From positions 837,136-901,135 of the forward strand of contig OX638355.1 in NCBI GenBank assembly GCA_951813285.1: a stretch of DNA of 64,000 nucleotides, given 5' to 3'. Positions within the stretch are counted from its first letter, which is position 1, and each line of letters begins with the position of its first letter. The notes beneath the pieces were generated by a model. It searched no databases, was not told the origin of the DNA, and was given only the letters and a program-made list of their open reading frames with translations. Positions 37,091-51,780 of this stretch are shown one piece after another. The position numbers and the translations under genes are program-made. The stretch comes from Terriglobia bacterium (GTDB lineage: Bacteria; Acidobacteriota; Terriglobia; Versatilivoradales; Versatilivoraceae).

Positions 37091-37798
37091 ATGGAACAGC
37101 CTCCTCAACCCGCCGGCAGTGGTTCCGGGAACGGTCTCCGTCTCAGTGAATCGGAGACTCGGGCGCAAGCCTTCTATGACCGTTGGATCGGAAAGGGTGA
37201 CCTGTTCTCCCAACTGGGGCGGGCGGTCTTCAGCCTGAGCGGCACGGTCTACGCCGGCGGCTTCATCCGGGCCGGCGGCCTGCGACCCGAGGATCGGGTG
37301 CTGGAGGTCGGTTCGGGACTGGGCAAGATCCTGACGGCCAGTCAACGTCGCGTCTGCGCAAAACAGCCCTACTTCGGGATCGACCTGTCCTACGAAATGG
37401 TGCGGCGAGCCCGAAGGGACCTGGATCCGCGACGGCCGCCGCTCCACTTTCTGGTCGCCAGTGCGCTACAAATGCCCTTCCGCGGCCACTGTTTCGATGT
37501 GGTCCTGCTCTCCCACGTGGTGAAGTACCTGACCGACCCGCAGTTACGCCTGGTGCTGGCCCAGGTGAGGGACTTGCTGGGCCCGGGAGGCCGGATCGTT
37601 CTCTGGGAGTTCCGGCCCTATCCCTGGGGTGCGATCAATCGCACCATCCTGCGCGGCAGCCGCTCGCACAAGCTCCGCAGCGCGACCGAACTGGTTTCTC
37701 TCCTTCAGGAACAGGGTTACCGCAACCTGCAGCCCTTCAGCATTCACACCCCCTGGCCCCCCTTCCGCAACCTGGCCTTCAGCGGACAGCCGGAGTGA
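37091..37798 (+). CDS. class I SAM-dependent methyltransferase
   Basis: VLEVGSGLG motif I, GIDLS, MPF..CFDVV, LGPGG. Confidence 0.85.
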   Translation: MEQPPQPAGSGSGNGLRLSESETRAQAFYDRWIGKGDLFSQLGRAVFSLSGTVYAGGFIRAGGLRPEDRVLEVGSGLGKILTASQRRVCAKQPYFGIDLSYEMVRRARRDLDPRRPPLHFLVASALQMPFRGHCFDVVLLSHVVKYLTDPQLRLVLAQVRDLLGPGGRIVLWEFRPYPWGAINRTILRGSRSHKLRSATELVSLLQEQGYRNLQPFSIHTPWPPFRNLAFSGQPE

Positions 37799-37897
37799 AT
37801 CGACTCGCCGGCGCGCCTTTTCCCGCGCCCCTGTCCCGATTGGAGAGACCCTCTTTGATGATTGTTTCTCATGCCCCGGCTGGTTATCATGGCCCCC

Positions 37898-38839
37898 ATG
37901 GAAACTCTGTGTGACGCCCACCTCCATTTCTTCACCCGAGAGGTGCTGGGCTTCTACGCGAGGCAGTCCGCGGAGTACCGGGCACTCGAGGACCCCGCCG
38001 CCCGGGTGGCGGCTCGGTTGGGCATCTCGACACCGCCGCGGGAGCCGAAGGACCTGGCCGCCTTGTGGGTGGAGCAACTGGACCGTCACCAGGTCTCCCG
38101 CGCCCTGCTTTTCGGAAGCGTCCCGGGCGAACAACTGGCCGTGTCCCGGGCGGTTGCGGCCTTCCCCGGCAAGTTCGTCGGCTTCCAGATGCTGAACCCC
38201 CTGGATCCGGAGGCCGGCAGGGCCATCGCCGACATTGCTGCCAGGGGGCTTCGGGGGCTGCTGCTCTTTCCCGCGATGCACCGGTTCTTTCCAGACGACC
38301 CGGCCTGTCTGGAGACCTGCCGCCTGGCCAGCCAGTATGGGCTGATCGTCTTCGTCCACGTCGGCCCGCTGCGAATCGTGATCCAGGAAAAGCTGGGGGG
38401 CGGGGGGGCCATCCAGTCGAGCTACGGTGACACCAGGCGTTTGGGCAACGCCCTGCGAGCCTTTCCGGAGGTCCCCTTTATCGTTCCCCACTTCGGGTGC
38501 GGCCGCTTGGGAGCGGTGCTGGAATCGGCCCGGGAAACCCGCAACCTCTACCTCGACACCTCCAGTTCCAACTCCTGGATGCGGCAGGGGCCGGAGCCTA
38601 CCGATCTGGAGACCGTGTTCGGCAAAGTGCTGGAAGAGAACGCCTTCGGGCCGGAACGCCTGCTCTTCGGGAGCGACTCGACCGTGTTTCCCCGAGGTTG
38701 GAGACATGACGTCTATCTGGCCCAGAGGGCGGCCCTGGATCGCTTGGGGATCTCGTCCCGCGAGAGGCAGCTCATTTTTTCCGGCAACCTGGAACGCCTG
38801 CTGGCGCCCGCCGGCGCCGCTACCCGGCCAACGGCTTGA
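37898..38839 (+). CDS. amidohydrolase-2 family protein
   Basis: DAHLH, VFVHVG, IVPHFG, YLDTS, LLFGSD. Confidence 0.87.
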   Translation: METLCDAHLHFFTREVLGFYARQSAEYRALEDPAARVAARLGISTPPREPKDLAALWVEQLDRHQVSRALLFGSVPGEQLAVSRAVAAFPGKFVGFQMLNPLDPEAGRAIADIAARGLRGLLLFPAMHRFFPDDPACLETCRLASQYGLIVFVHVGPLRIVIQEKLGGGGAIQSSYGDTRRLGNALRAFPEVPFIVPHFGCGRLGAVLESARETRNLYLDTSSSNSWMRQGPEPTDLETVFGKVLEENAFGPERLLFGSDSTVFPRGWRHDVYLAQRAALDRLGISSRERQLIFSGNLERLLAPAGAATRPTA

Positions 38840-38895
38840 GCCCCGCGGCGGCGGCCGGTCAACCATTTCGGAATCAGCCAAGAAGGGAGAGCATC

Positions 38896-40170
38896 ATGAC
38901 GGACCCAAGAGTGGATCGCCGCGGATTTCTCAGACGACTGGGGATGGGCGCCGCCTTGGCCCCGGCCTGGAACGCCCGAAGCTACCTGGCCATCCCGGGG
39001 GCCAATGAGCGCCTATCGGTTGGGGTCATCGGTTGCGGCAGCATGGGAAACTCCCACATGAGGGCCCTGCTGGGCATGCAGGACAGCGCCAACCTCCGGG
39101 TGGCCGCGGTCTGCGACGTCTACCGCAAGCGCCTGGAATCCGCTGCCGCCCTGACAGGCGGCACTGCCTACAGCGACTACCGCACCCTTCTGGCCCAAAG
39201 GGAACTGGACTACGTCTTGATTGCCACTCCCGAGCACTGGCACCACCGTATGACTCTGGACGCCCTGGATGCCGGCAAGCACATCTACCTGGAGAAGCCC
39301 CTGACCCATACCATCCGGCAGGCCAAGGAGGTGGTGCGACGGGTGCGGCGCTCCAAGCTGAAACTGCAGGTGGGGGTGCAGGGCATGTCGGACGAGTCCT
39401 ATGAGGTTGCCGGCCGCTATATCCGGGAGGGAGCCCTGGGCAAACTGGTCATGGCCCAGATCGACTACTCCCGAAACTACACAGACGACTTCTGGGCCTA
39501 CGACATCGACCCGGACGCCAATCCGCGGACCAACCTGGACTGGAAGGCCTGGTTGGGGCCGGCCCCCAAGCGGCCCTGGGACCCGCGCCGCTTCTTCCAG
39601 TGGAGACGCTACTGGGACTATTCGGGCGGAATCGCAACCGACCTCTTTATCCACCGTGTGACCCGAATCATCAAGGCGGCCGGGTTGACATTCCCCGATC
39701 AAGTGGTTGCCAGCGGCGGGACCTGGCAGTTCACCCAAAGCGTCGCCCAGATCCCCGACACCTTCAACATGCTCTGCGATTATCCCGGCGGCCCCACGGT
39801 AGCCCTGATCTCCTCCATGGCCAACGACTTCAAGGTGGCCCACGTGATTCGCGGCCACAAGGCCACCCTCCGCTTCACCCGGGACGGATTCGTGATCACT
39901 CCTCAATCGGTCAGCCTGGAAGACCGCGTTCAGCCGGGAGAGTTGAGAGCTCAGGAGACCTGGTCCAAGGTCTACCGCAAGACGGGAGGCGAGGACATTC
40001 GGCTGCACCACCAAAATCTGCAGAATGCCATCCGCCTGGGGGAGCCGCTGAAGTGCGACGTCATGCTGGGCTACTACGGCACCGTGGTCACGGCCATGGG
40101 TGTGCAGTCCTTCCGGCGGAGGAAGTACCTGAAGTGGAACCGGAGGAAAGAGCGGGTGGAAACCGCTTGA
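38896..40170 (+). CDS. Gfo/Idh/MocA oxidoreductase with Tat signal
   Basis: DRRGFL twin-arginine motif, [31 protein letters not shown]. Confidence 0.92.
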   Translation: MTDPRVDRRGFLRRLGMGAALAPAWNARSYLAIPGANERLSVGVIGCGSMGNSHMRALLGMQDSANLRVAAVCDVYRKRLESAAALTGGTAYSDYRTLLAQRELDYVLIATPEHWHHRMTLDALDAGKHIYLEKPLTHTIRQAKEVVRRVRRSKLKLQVGVQGMSDESYEVAGRYIREGALGKLVMAQIDYSRNYTDDFWAYDIDPDANPRTNLDWKAWLGPAPKRPWDPRRFFQWRRYWDYSGGIATDLFIHRVTRIIKAAGLTFPDQVVASGGTWQFTQSVAQIPDTFNMLCDYPGGPTVALISSMANDFKVAHVIRGHKATLRFTRDGFVITPQSVSLEDRVQPGELRAQETWSKVYRKTGGEDIRLHHQNLQNAIRLGEPLKCDVMLGYYGTVVTAMGVQSFRRRKYLKWNRRKERVETA

Positions 40171-40203
40171 TTGTCGATCGGATGCGGGCTGCCGGAGGAC
40201 GGG

Positions 40204-42672
40204 TCAGTGAACCACGGCGGATTGACCGTCCAGCAGTTGCTCCGATTGGTGCGTAATCAGACAGGCGGCTGAGACTTGATCTCCCTCCAGGAGATCCATC
40301 AACCTCACCCCCTGGGTGCTTCTGCCCACGGCTCTGATGGCTGCGGCTTTCAGGCGGATCAGTTTTCCCTGGGTGGTGATGAGGATGATTCCCGAACTCT
40401 TGCTCACCTTCATGATGGCTATCACCTTCCCGTTTCGTTCGGTGGTCTTCATGTTGATGACGCCCTGGCCGCCCCGGGACTGCTGCCGGTAGGCGCCGAT
40501 CGGTGTGCGCTTGCCAAAGCCGTTCTCGGTGACCGACAGGATCAACCCTTCATCCCCGCCCACCGTCATGCCCACGAGAAAGTCCCCTCGCACCAACTTG
40601 ATGCCCCTGACGCCGCGTGTTTGCCGACCCATATGCCTGACGTCCGCCTCGCCGAAGCGGATGCACTTGCCCTTGTGGGTTCCCAAGAATATCTGATCGT
40701 CTCCCGCGGTCAGCTCGGCGCCGATCAACTCATCTCCTTCGTCCAGGGAGATCGCATGGATTCCCCGGACCATCGGGCGACTGAACTTATCCAGCCGCGT
40801 CTTTTTGACCGTTCCCCGCCGAGTGGCGAACATCACATAGTTGTCCTGGGAGAACTCCGTGACCGGCAGCATGGCGGCAACCTTCTCACCACGGGAGAAG
40901 TTGACCAGATTGACGATGGCTTTGCCCTTGCCGCTGGTGCCCACATCCGGGATCTCGTAGACCTTGAGCCAGTAGATCTTCCCCTGATTGGTGAAGATCA
41001 GCAGATAGCTGTGGGTTGAAGCCACAAAAAGGGTCTCGACGAAATCCTGCTCCCGGGTCCGCATTCCGATACGGCCCTTGCCGCCGCGGTGCTGCATGCG
41101 ATAAATGCTGATCGGGGTTCGTTTCAGATACCCCGAATGGGTCACGGTGACCACCACGTCCTCGACGGCGATCAAGTCCTCCAGCGTGATCTCGGCGGCC
41201 TCGTCCACAATGGCCGTGCGACGCTCGTCTCCATACTGCTTGCGGACCTCCTTGAGTTCCTGCACCAGAAGCCTCTTCAGGGCGGGGTCGCTGGAAAGGA
41301 TCTCCCGGAGCTCTGCGATGCGTCTGGATAGTTGGGCGTACTCCTGATCCAGCTTTTCCCGCTCCAGGCTGGTGAGGGCCCGCAGCTGCATGTCCAGAAT
41401 GTGGCGAGCCTGGACGGCGGACAGCGCGAATTCCGCCATCAGGCGATCCCGAGCCTCCTGGGGAGACCTGGACCGGCGAATGATCCGGATCACCCGGTCG
41501 ATATGGTCCAGCGCCTTGAAGAGACCCTCCAGGATGTGGGCTCTTTCTTCGGCCTTTTTCAACTGGTAGCGGCTGCGTCGCCGAATCACCTCGCTGCGGT
41601 GATTCACGAAGCTCCGCAGGGCATCCACCAGGTTCAGGACTCGTGGTTGCCCGTCGGCGATCGCCAGCAAGATCACGCCGAAGCTGCTTTGCATGGGCGT
41701 GAGCTTGTAGAGATTGTTCAAGATGACTTCCGGCTGTTCGCCGCGTCGCAGCTCCACCACGATGCGCATGCCATCACGGTCCGACTCGTCGCGCAGGTCG
41801 GCGATGCCGTCGATTCGCTTGGTCTGGACCAGGTCCGCAATCTTTTCGATCAGCTTGGCCTTATTGACCTGAAACGGGATTTCCGTGATCACGATCATGT
41901 GACGATCGCCACGGGCCTGCATCTCGATGGCGGCCTTGGCTCGAATGACGATCGAGCCCCGACCCGTTGTGTAGGCCCTGGCAATTCCTTCCCTGCCGTA
42001 GATCACCCCCCCGGTGGGGAAGTCCGGGCCCGGCACGATCTTCGCCAGTTCCTCCAGCGTGGCGTCGGGTTTCTCCACCAGGCGGATCACCGCATTGACC
42101 ACTTCGGTCAGGTTGTGGGGGGGGATATTGGTGGCCATCCCCACCGCGATGCCGGCCGAACCATTCACCAGCAGGTTGGGAATCCGGGTAGGCAGGCAGG
42201 TGGGCTCGAGCTGGCTCTCATCGTAGTTGGGAACAAAATCCACCGTGTCCATTTCGATGTCAGCCAGTATCTCGCGGGCAATGCCGGCCATGCGGGCTTC
42301 GGTGTAACGCATGGCCGCGGGAGGGTCTCCGTCCACCGATCCGAAATTCCCCTGGCCGTCCACCAGCGGGTAGCGCATGGCAAAGTCCTGAGCCATGCGC
42401 ACCTGGGCGTCGTAGATGGCGCTGTCGCCATGAGGGTGAAAGTTGCCCATGACCTCGCCGACGATCTTGGCGCACTTGCGATAGGGTTTGTTGGGCGTCA
42501 GCCCCATCTCCCGCATGCCGTGCAGGATCCTGCGATGGACCGGCTTGAGTCCATCCCGAACGTCGGGTAGAGCGCGGCCGATGATCACGCTCATGGAGTA
42601 ATCCAGGTAGGAGCGCCGCATCTCCTCTTCGATGTTGACCGGCGCTTGATTGAGAGGTGTTGAGCTTTCCAT
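40204..42672 (-). CDS. gyrA: DNA gyrase subunit A
   Basis: [28 protein letters not shown], GyrA-box QHRGGKG, C-terminal beta-pinwheel repeats. Confidence 0.98.
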   Translation of the reverse strand: MESSTPLNQAPVNIEEEMRRSYLDYSMSVIIGRALPDVRDGLKPVHRRILHGMREMGLTPNKPYRKCAKIVGEVMGNFHPHGDSAIYDAQVRMAQDFAMRYPLVDGQGNFGSVDGDPPAAMRYTEARMAGIAREILADIEMDTVDFVPNYDESQLEPTCLPTRIPNLLVNGSAGIAVGMATNIPPHNLTEVVNAVIRLVEKPDATLEELAKIVPGPDFPTGGVIYGREGIARAYTTGRGSIVIRAKAAIEMQARGDRHMIVITEIPFQVNKAKLIEKIADLVQTKRIDGIADLRDESDRDGMRIVVELRRGEQPEVILNNLYKLTPMQSSFGVILLAIADGQPRVLNLVDALRSFVNHRSEVIRRRSRYQLKKAEERAHILEGLFKALDHIDRVIRIIRRSRSPQEARDRLMAEFALSAVQARHILDMQLRALTSLEREKLDQEYAQLSRRIAELREILSSDPALKRLLVQELKEVRKQYGDERRTAIVDEAAEITLEDLIAVEDVVVTVTHSGYLKRTPISIYRMQHRGGKGRIGMRTREQDFVETLFVASTHSYLLIFTNQGKIYWLKVYEIPDVGTSGKGKAIVNLVNFSRGEKVAAMLPVTEFSQDNYVMFATRRGTVKKTRLDKFSRPMVRGIHAISLDEGDELIGAELTAGDDQIFLGTHKGKCIRFGEADVRHMGRQTRGVRGIKLVRGDFLVGMTVGGDEGLILSVTENGFGKRTPIGAYRQQSRGGQGVINMKTTERNGKVIAIMKVSKSSGIILITTQGKLIRLKAAAIRAVGRSTQGVRLMDLLEGDQVSAACLITHQSEQLLDGQSAVVH

Positions 42673-42682
42673 GGAATTCAGG

Positions 42683-46323
<3,641 letters not shown>

Positions 46324-46355
46324 TCCGTTCCGGAGGACGATCCACCCCAATCTCT

Positions 46356-47468
46356 TCAGACCCTCATGGGCATGACCACATAGCGATAGCGATAGTCCTC
46401 CGCGGTAGCGGGACGAAGTTGTCCTGCGCTCTCATCGTCCTTGAAATCCAGGCTCACGGAGGGATCCTCGGTAGCTGCGAGAAAATCCAGAAGGTACTGG
46501 CTGTTGAATCCGATGTCGATCTTCCCGGCGGAATAGTCGACATCCAGTTCATCCTTGGCCTCGCCGAGATCGGAATTGCTCGATCGAATTTTCAGCTTGT
46601 TGTTGTCCAACAGAAACTGAACCGTGTGAGATTTGTTGTCCGCCAAAAGCGACACCCTCCTGACAGCCGTGGCAAGTTCCTCACGGTCCAACACGACGCT
46701 CCGATGGTTTTCCTTGGGAAGCACCGCCTCATAGTTGGGAAATTGTCCCGTCACCATTCGCGACACCAGCAAACGCTTGCCCAATTGAAAGAACAGGTGA
46801 GTCTCGTCCTGGCCGAAGCTCACCGTATCCTCTTCGCCCGCTTCCGCCAACAGCCGTTGCAACTCCGCCAAGGCCTTCTTGGGAATCAAGGCGCTGATTT
46901 CGCTGGATAGGTGGTCAAAGTTGGCCGGCTTCTCCGCATGTGCCAAGCGGTGTCCGTCCGTCGCAACCATGGTCAGGCTCAAGGGCTTGACCAAAAGGAG
47001 CGCTCCGTTGAGCGCGAAGCGAACTTCCTCTTCAGCCACCGAAAAAATGGTCTTGTTGATCAGGCCAAGCAAATCTTTGGCGGGAATCTCCACCAAAGGC
47101 GTCCCAAATACCGGCAGGGTGGGAAAATTGTCGGTGGGCAACCCTACCAGCTTGAATGAGGCCGACGCACACTCGATTCTCAGCCAGTTGTTTTCCAGCT
47201 TCGTGACCCGGACCTCCTCATCGGGAAGGGACCGAAGAATATCCAGGAAGTTTTTGGCAGGCGTGGTAACGGCACCTGGTTTCTCGACCTTTGCCACGCA
47301 AGAACTCTTGATTCCCAGATCCAGATTGGTGGCTGCAAGGTGTAATTCGTCCGAACCGACATCGAGCAATAGATTGGCCAGGATAGGGATGGTGGTTTTC
47401 TTCTCAACGGCTCCCTGAGTCAACCCGACCTCTTGCAAAATGTCCAATTTTCTAACTGTGAATTCCAT
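46356..47468 (-). CDS. dnaN: DNA polymerase III beta clamp
   Basis: TTIPILAN, VATDGHRL, FPNY, IGFNSQYLLD, YVVMPMR. Confidence 0.97.
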   Translation of the reverse strand: MEFTVRKLDILQEVGLTQGAVEKKTTIPILANLLLDVGSDELHLAATNLDLGIKSSCVAKVEKPGAVTTPAKNFLDILRSLPDEEVRVTKLENNWLRIECASASFKLVGLPTDNFPTLPVFGTPLVEIPAKDLLGLINKTIFSVAEEEVRFALNGALLLVKPLSLTMVATDGHRLAHAEKPANFDHLSSEISALIPKKALAELQRLLAEAGEEDTVSFGQDETHLFFQLGKRLLVSRMVTGQFPNYEAVLPKENHRSVVLDREELATAVRRVSLLADNKSHTVQFLLDNNKLKIRSSNSDLGEAKDELDVDYSAGKIDIGFNSQYLLDFLAATEDPSVSLDFKDDESAGQLRPATAEDYRYRYVVMPMRV

Positions 47469-47680
47469 AGGATTAGATTTTTAGTAAATACCAATAGTCG
47501 TCATGGTAGCGTTGTTGAAAGCGAGGAAAAATCCCGGATCCCATTCTTTTTCAACGACAAAGCCTGTGAATGATCCTAAGGATAACTCCGTGGAAAACGA
47601 GGTGAGAATCGTGCCTTGTAAGAAATCCACACTATTTCCACAGGCAGGTTGCAGGTTCCCCTTGAGGAAAATGAGGCGAC
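47469..47680. other. chromosomal replication origin oriC (dnaA-dnaN interval)
   Basis: AT-rich; degenerate DnaA boxes at 47513-21, 47548-56, 47565-73, 47589-97, 47623-31, 47634-42; trio-like run TAC CAT GAC GAC TAT (minus strand, 47494-47508); plus strand looks G-richer to the right. Confidence 0.8.
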
Positions 47681-49000
47681 TCATTCCAGAGACTCCAGAA
47701 ACATGTTGATCAGGCTGTTGAAATCTTTGTCGGACGATCGTTGAGCTTCCACCTTCCTGATGGAGTGCATGACGGTGGTGTGGTGCTTGCCACCGAAGGC
47801 GCGGCCGACCTCGGGAAGGGAGGCGGAGGTCAAGTTCCTGCAAAGGTACATGGCGATTTGCCGGGGTTGGGTGATCGCTGCCGAGTTGCTCCTGGTCTTC
47901 AGGGCTGACACCTTGACACTGAAATAGTCGGCGACGACCTTTTGAATGTGCTCGATGGAGACGGTTTTCTCTCGGGGCTTAAGGGTGTTCTTCAGGACCC
48001 GCTGAGCCATTCCAAGGGAGATGGGCTCTCCAGTCAGGGAACTGAACGCTATCAACCGATTAAGGGATCCCTCCAACTCTCTGATATTCGACTCTATCTT
48101 GCTGGCAATGAAAAATGCCACATTGTCGGGGATCTCGAAATTCTCGAACTCCGCCTTCTTTTTCAGGATGGCGACCTTGGTCTCAAGATCGGGCATTTGA
48201 ATGTCGGCAATCAAGCCCCACTCGAGGCGCGACGTCAGGCGGTCCTGAATGTCCGGGATCTCTTTTGGAAGCAGGTCGCTGGAGAGGACAATCTGCTTCT
48301 GGGCATCATAAAGGGTATTGAAGGTGTGGAAGAACTCCTGCTGTGTCGCCTGCTTGCCGGAGATGAAATGAATGTCGTCCACAAGAAGCACGTCGACGTT
48401 CCTGTATTTTTCCCGCAGGGCCAAGGTCTTGTCGTAGCGAATGGCGTTGACGACCTCGTTGGTAAATTTTTCCGAGGACACGTAGCTCAGGCGGGACACT
48501 TTGGAGATCGAACGCACTTTGTGCCCAACGGCCTGCATGAGGTGCGTCTTTCCCAGCCCAGCGCCCCCGTAGATGAAGAGAGGGTTATAGATGCGACTCG
48601 GAGCCTCGGCGACGGCCAGGGCGGCGGCGTGGGCGAATTGGTTACAGGAGGCAACCACGAATCGATCGAAGGTGTACTTGGGATTCAGCAGGTTCTCATC
48701 GGCGGTGAAATCCAGTTCTCTTTGAAAGGGGCCGGTTTTCGGAGGGGGCGCCGCCTGGTCAGCCGGCTTGGCGTGGAAGCGAATCTTGAGGTCTTGGAAG
48801 TGTGATTCGCGGGCTGCGTCCTCAAGAACGTCGGAGAAGTGCTCCACGATCCAGCTTTGAAACATCAGGTTGGGAACGGTCACGTGGAGGGTGTTGTCAG
48901 CCTGCAAGCTCTGGAACTGGGTGGGCTTGAACCAGGTTGTGTAGGTCTGTTTGTTGAGTTTGTTCTCGACGCACTTCAAGATCTGTTGCCAAGCATTCAT
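47681..49000 (-). CDS. dnaA: chromosomal replication initiator DnaA
   Basis: LNPKYTFDRFV, YNPLFIYGGAGLGKTHL, LLVDD, EFFHTFN, NIRELEG, HTTV. Confidence 0.98.
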   Translation of the reverse strand: MNAWQQILKCVENKLNKQTYTTWFKPTQFQSLQADNTLHVTVPNLMFQSWIVEHFSDVLEDAARESHFQDLKIRFHAKPADQAAPPPKTGPFQRELDFTADENLLNPKYTFDRFVVASCNQFAHAAALAVAEAPSRIYNPLFIYGGAGLGKTHLMQAVGHKVRSISKVSRLSYVSSEKFTNEVVNAIRYDKTLALREKYRNVDVLLVDDIHFISGKQATQQEFFHTFNTLYDAQKQIVLSSDLLPKEIPDIQDRLTSRLEWGLIADIQMPDLETKVAILKKKAEFENFEIPDNVAFFIASKIESNIRELEGSLNRLIAFSSLTGEPISLGMAQRVLKNTLKPREKTVSIEHIQKVVADYFSVKVSALKTRSNSAAITQPRQIAMYLCRNLTSASLPEVGRAFGGKHHTTVMHSIRKVEAQRSSDKDFNSLINMFLESLE

Positions 49001-49207
49001 AGGGAGAGGGCTTGCCGATCCTTACCAGACCGTCAGGGAGAGAAAGCCTTTGTATGAAGCAATAAAAAAACAACAAAATAGAGAAATTAAGAGAAAAAAA
49101 GAGGATGTTGAAAACACCCAGAACATACCACAGCAGGGGGCAGATATTCAACCCCCAAGGATGCCGGGAGGGTGCATGGGGCGCCTTCCAGTCGCCGTCC
49201 GGTCGGA

Positions 49208-49237
49208 TTGACAGTCCCAAAAGGCTTGTGCTATAAA
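49208..49237 (+). promoter_or_regulatory. sigma70 promoter of the rpmH operon
   Basis: TTGACA-18 nt-TATAAA with an extended TG. Confidence 0.65.
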
Positions 49238-49282
49238 TTTGGGTTTGGACAGGAGCACAGGAGAAGATCCTTCGGGGTGCCT

Positions 49283-49417
49283 ATGCGGCCGACCTTTCGT
49301 CCCAACAATCGCAAGCGTGCCAAGACCCACGGGTTCCGAGCTCGAATGAGGACCCGGTCCGGGCGGCTCATTCTAAAGCGCCGCCGCGCCAAGGGCCGCA
49401 AGCGGTTGACTCCCTGA
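49283..49417 (+). CDS. rpmH: 50S ribosomal protein L34
   Basis: [24 protein letters not shown]...[10 protein letters not shown]. Confidence 0.97.
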   Translation: MRPTFRPNNRKRAKTHGFRARMRTRSGRLILKRRRAKGRKRLTP

Positions 49418-49429
49418 TCGGGCGGCGCT

Positions 49430-49903
49430 TTGGACTGCGGTTTTGGAAAATCGAGTCGCTTGTTGACGGCTGAGCAGTACCGGCGGGTCTATTCCGGCGG
49501 CAAGGTGCTTCGCGGCCGTCAGCTTCAACTATTCTATTTGAGGAACAGCCTTCGGCATCCCCGCTTTGGCGTCTCCGTGGGCCGCAAGTTGGGCAAAGCA
49601 GTCAGGAGGAACCTGCTACGGCGTCGTATCAAAGAGGCGATACGGCTGAACAAGGCCCGCTTGGCGGAATATGGTGTGGATGTGGTGGTGCATCCCAAGC
49701 TGTCGGCAACATCGTTAGGATCTCAGTCGACCATTTCTGAACTGAATCGCCTTCTGGGACATTTGACGAGGACCCTTGGAACTCCTCAAGAGAGGCGTAC
49801 TCGGCATCATTCGCTTTTACAAGCAGTTTGCTTCGCCGCTTCTACCTCCAGCTTGCCGGTTCTGGCCATCCTGCTCGGATTATTCCTATCAAGCCATCAG
49901 TAA
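49430..49903 (+). CDS. rnpA: ribonuclease P protein component
   Basis: PRFGVSVGRKLGKAVRRNLLRRRIKE motif; tail overlaps yidD. Confidence 0.92.
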   Translation: MDCGFGKSSRLLTAEQYRRVYSGGKVLRGRQLQLFYLRNSLRHPRFGVSVGRKLGKAVRRNLLRRRIKEAIRLNKARLAEYGVDVVVHPKLSATSLGSQSTISELNRLLGHLTRTLGTPQERRTRHHSLLQAVCFAASTSSLPVLAILLGLFLSSHQ

Positions 49904-49994
49904 ATATGGTCTCCTGAGAGGGACACTGCTCGCGGTGAGGCGAATTGCGCGCTGCCATCCGCTTCACCGAGGCGGCTACGACCCGCTTGAGTAG
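49776..49994 (+). CDS. yidD: membrane protein insertion efficiency factor
   Basis: SPLLPPACRFWPSCSDY...RCHPLHRGGYDP. Confidence 0.94.
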   Translation: MELLKRGVLGIIRFYKQFASPLLPPACRFWPSCSDYSYQAISKYGLLRGTLLAVRRIARCHPLHRGGYDPLE

Positions 49995-50005
49995 TCGGAT
50001 CGCCG

Positions 50006-51772
50006 ATGAACAGAGACTTTTTCCTAGCCATTGCTCTTTCCTTCCTCGTTCTGCTGGCGTCCCGCTACTTGCTAGAGCCCTACTTCCAACCCGAACCTTC
50101 CGCGCCAACCGCAGACATTGATCGGCCGGGTCCTGAGGTGGACCGGCCGGACCCCGAGTCGCCGCCGGCACCGGCAGCGGCCGTTCCGCCTATTCCCCGG
50201 GATAGGCCGGAACCGGTTCTGGCCGGCACCCGCAAAGCCCTCAGGGAACAGGCCTACACGGTGGAGACCGACTTGTACAAACTGTCGTTTTCCAACCGGG
50301 GAGCCGTAGTGAAGGAATGGGTGCTGAAGCGTTACCTGGACGCCAATGGCGAACCGCTGAATCTCATCGACGCGGACTCGTCGCCACAGGCCGTATTCCC
50401 CATGGCCTTGATCGTCGATAGTGCGCCGGACGTCTCGGCTCTCCTCCGGTCGGTGCTCTTTCGCAGCGAGTCGCCGGCGAAAGTCGATCTGACCCACGGT
50501 GGAGCCGGCTCGGGAAGCCTTCGATTCGAGTATGCGGAGGGTGGAATCCAGGTGGTGAAGACCATAACCTTCCGCTCGGGCTCTTACGAAGTCGAGGTGG
50601 ATTGCGACGTTTCCGTCAACGGCCGACCGGTGGGTTACTTTCTCCTCTGGCAGGGTGAATTCGGGGATGCCACCCTGGAAAACACCTGGGCCAAGCGCCA
50701 GGTGTTCTATCGAGGCCAGGAAGGAATCGAACGGATGGAGGCCGGGGACCTCGAGAGCAAGCAGGAGATGGAAGGTCGATTCCGGTTTCTGGGCGTGGAG
50801 GATCACTACTTTGCAGCCGTGTTCCTGCCGGTGGACCCGAGCGGGATCGGCCGTATCCAGTTGGCCCGGGACACCGGAACATCGGAGGAGCCTTTGCTGA
50901 GGGCCGGGGTTTACGGTTCGGCTTCAGAAGGCCGCTTCAGACTGTTCGTGGGTCCCAAAGACACCGAGCTGTTACCCCAAGAGTTGCGGGATCTTATTGA
51001 TTATGGGTGGTTTGCCTTCCTGTGCAAGCCCTTGTTCGTGGGGCTGAAGTGGATTTACGGCGTGGTGGGCAACTACGGAGTTGCCATTATTCTGCTGACG
51101 GTGGTCATCAATGCCGCGCTGTTTCCATTGCGCTACAAGTCAGTCACCGCGTCCCAGAAGATGCAGAAGGTCCAACCCAGGATCAAGGCCATCCAGGAAA
51201 AATACAAGAAGCTCAAGGCAACCGATCCTAAGCGCCAGCAGATGAACGCCGAGGTCATGGCTCTGTACAAGGAGCACGGGGTGAATCCCTTGGGAGGGTG
51301 CCTGCCCCTTTTGCTGCAAATGCCCTTCCTGTTTGCCTTTTACAGCCTGTTGAACGTGGCCATCGAATTGCGGCAGGCTCCCTTTTTCGTCTGGCTCGAG
51401 GACTTGTCGGCTCCAGATCCGACCTACGTGCTGCCGGTGCTCATGGTGGGCTCCATGATGTTGACTCAAAAGTTGACGCCGATGCCGTCGGCGGACCCGT
51501 TGCAGGCCAAGATGATGCTCTTCATGCCGCTGATCTTCGGCTTCATGATGGCCACACAGTCCAGCGGCCTGGTGCTCTACTGGTTTACCAGCAATCTCGT
51601 CAACATTTTTCAGCAGTTGGCCATGAATCGCTTCGGTCCGGGGGCGGTGGCGAAGCAGGCCGGAGGGTCCGGTGGGGAAGGCAAGAACGCAGCCAAGGTG
51701 GATCAGACGAAGCCCGAGCCCCAAGCGGTTCCCCGCAGGTCCAAGCGAAGAAAAGCGCGGTCGGCGCGTTGA
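50006..51772 (+). CDS. yidC: membrane protein insertase YidC
   Basis: IDYGWF, GNYGVAIILLT, NPLGGCLPLLLQMP, DLSAPDP, GLVLYW. Confidence 0.97.
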   Translation: MNRDFFLAIALSFLVLLASRYLLEPYFQPEPSAPTADIDRPGPEVDRPDPESPPAPAAAVPPIPRDRPEPVLAGTRKALREQAYTVETDLYKLSFSNRGAVVKEWVLKRYLDANGEPLNLIDADSSPQAVFPMALIVDSAPDVSALLRSVLFRSESPAKVDLTHGGAGSGSLRFEYAEGGIQVVKTITFRSGSYEVEVDCDVSVNGRPVGYFLLWQGEFGDATLENTWAKRQVFYRGQEGIERMEAGDLESKQEMEGRFRFLGVEDHYFAAVFLPVDPSGIGRIQLARDTGTSEEPLLRAGVYGSASEGRFRLFVGPKDTELLPQELRDLIDYGWFAFLCKPLFVGLKWIYGVVGNYGVAIILLTVVINAALFPLRYKSVTASQKMQKVQPRIKAIQEKYKKLKATDPKRQQMNAEVMALYKEHGVNPLGGCLPLLLQMPFLFAFYSLLNVAIELRQAPFFVWLEDLSAPDPTYVLPVLMVGSMMLTQKLTPMPSADPLQAKMMLFMPLIFGFMMATQSSGLVLYWFTSNLVNIFQQLAMNRFGPGAVAKQAGGSGGEGKNAAKVDQTKPEPQAVPRRSKRRKARSAR

Positions 51773-51780
51773 AGGGCACC

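Noticed and set aside
42400-42430. Quinolone-resistance change in GyrA ([10 protein letters not shown])
   Set aside because: Ser83- and Asp87-equivalent residues are wild type; the Gln substitution has no interpretable meaning.
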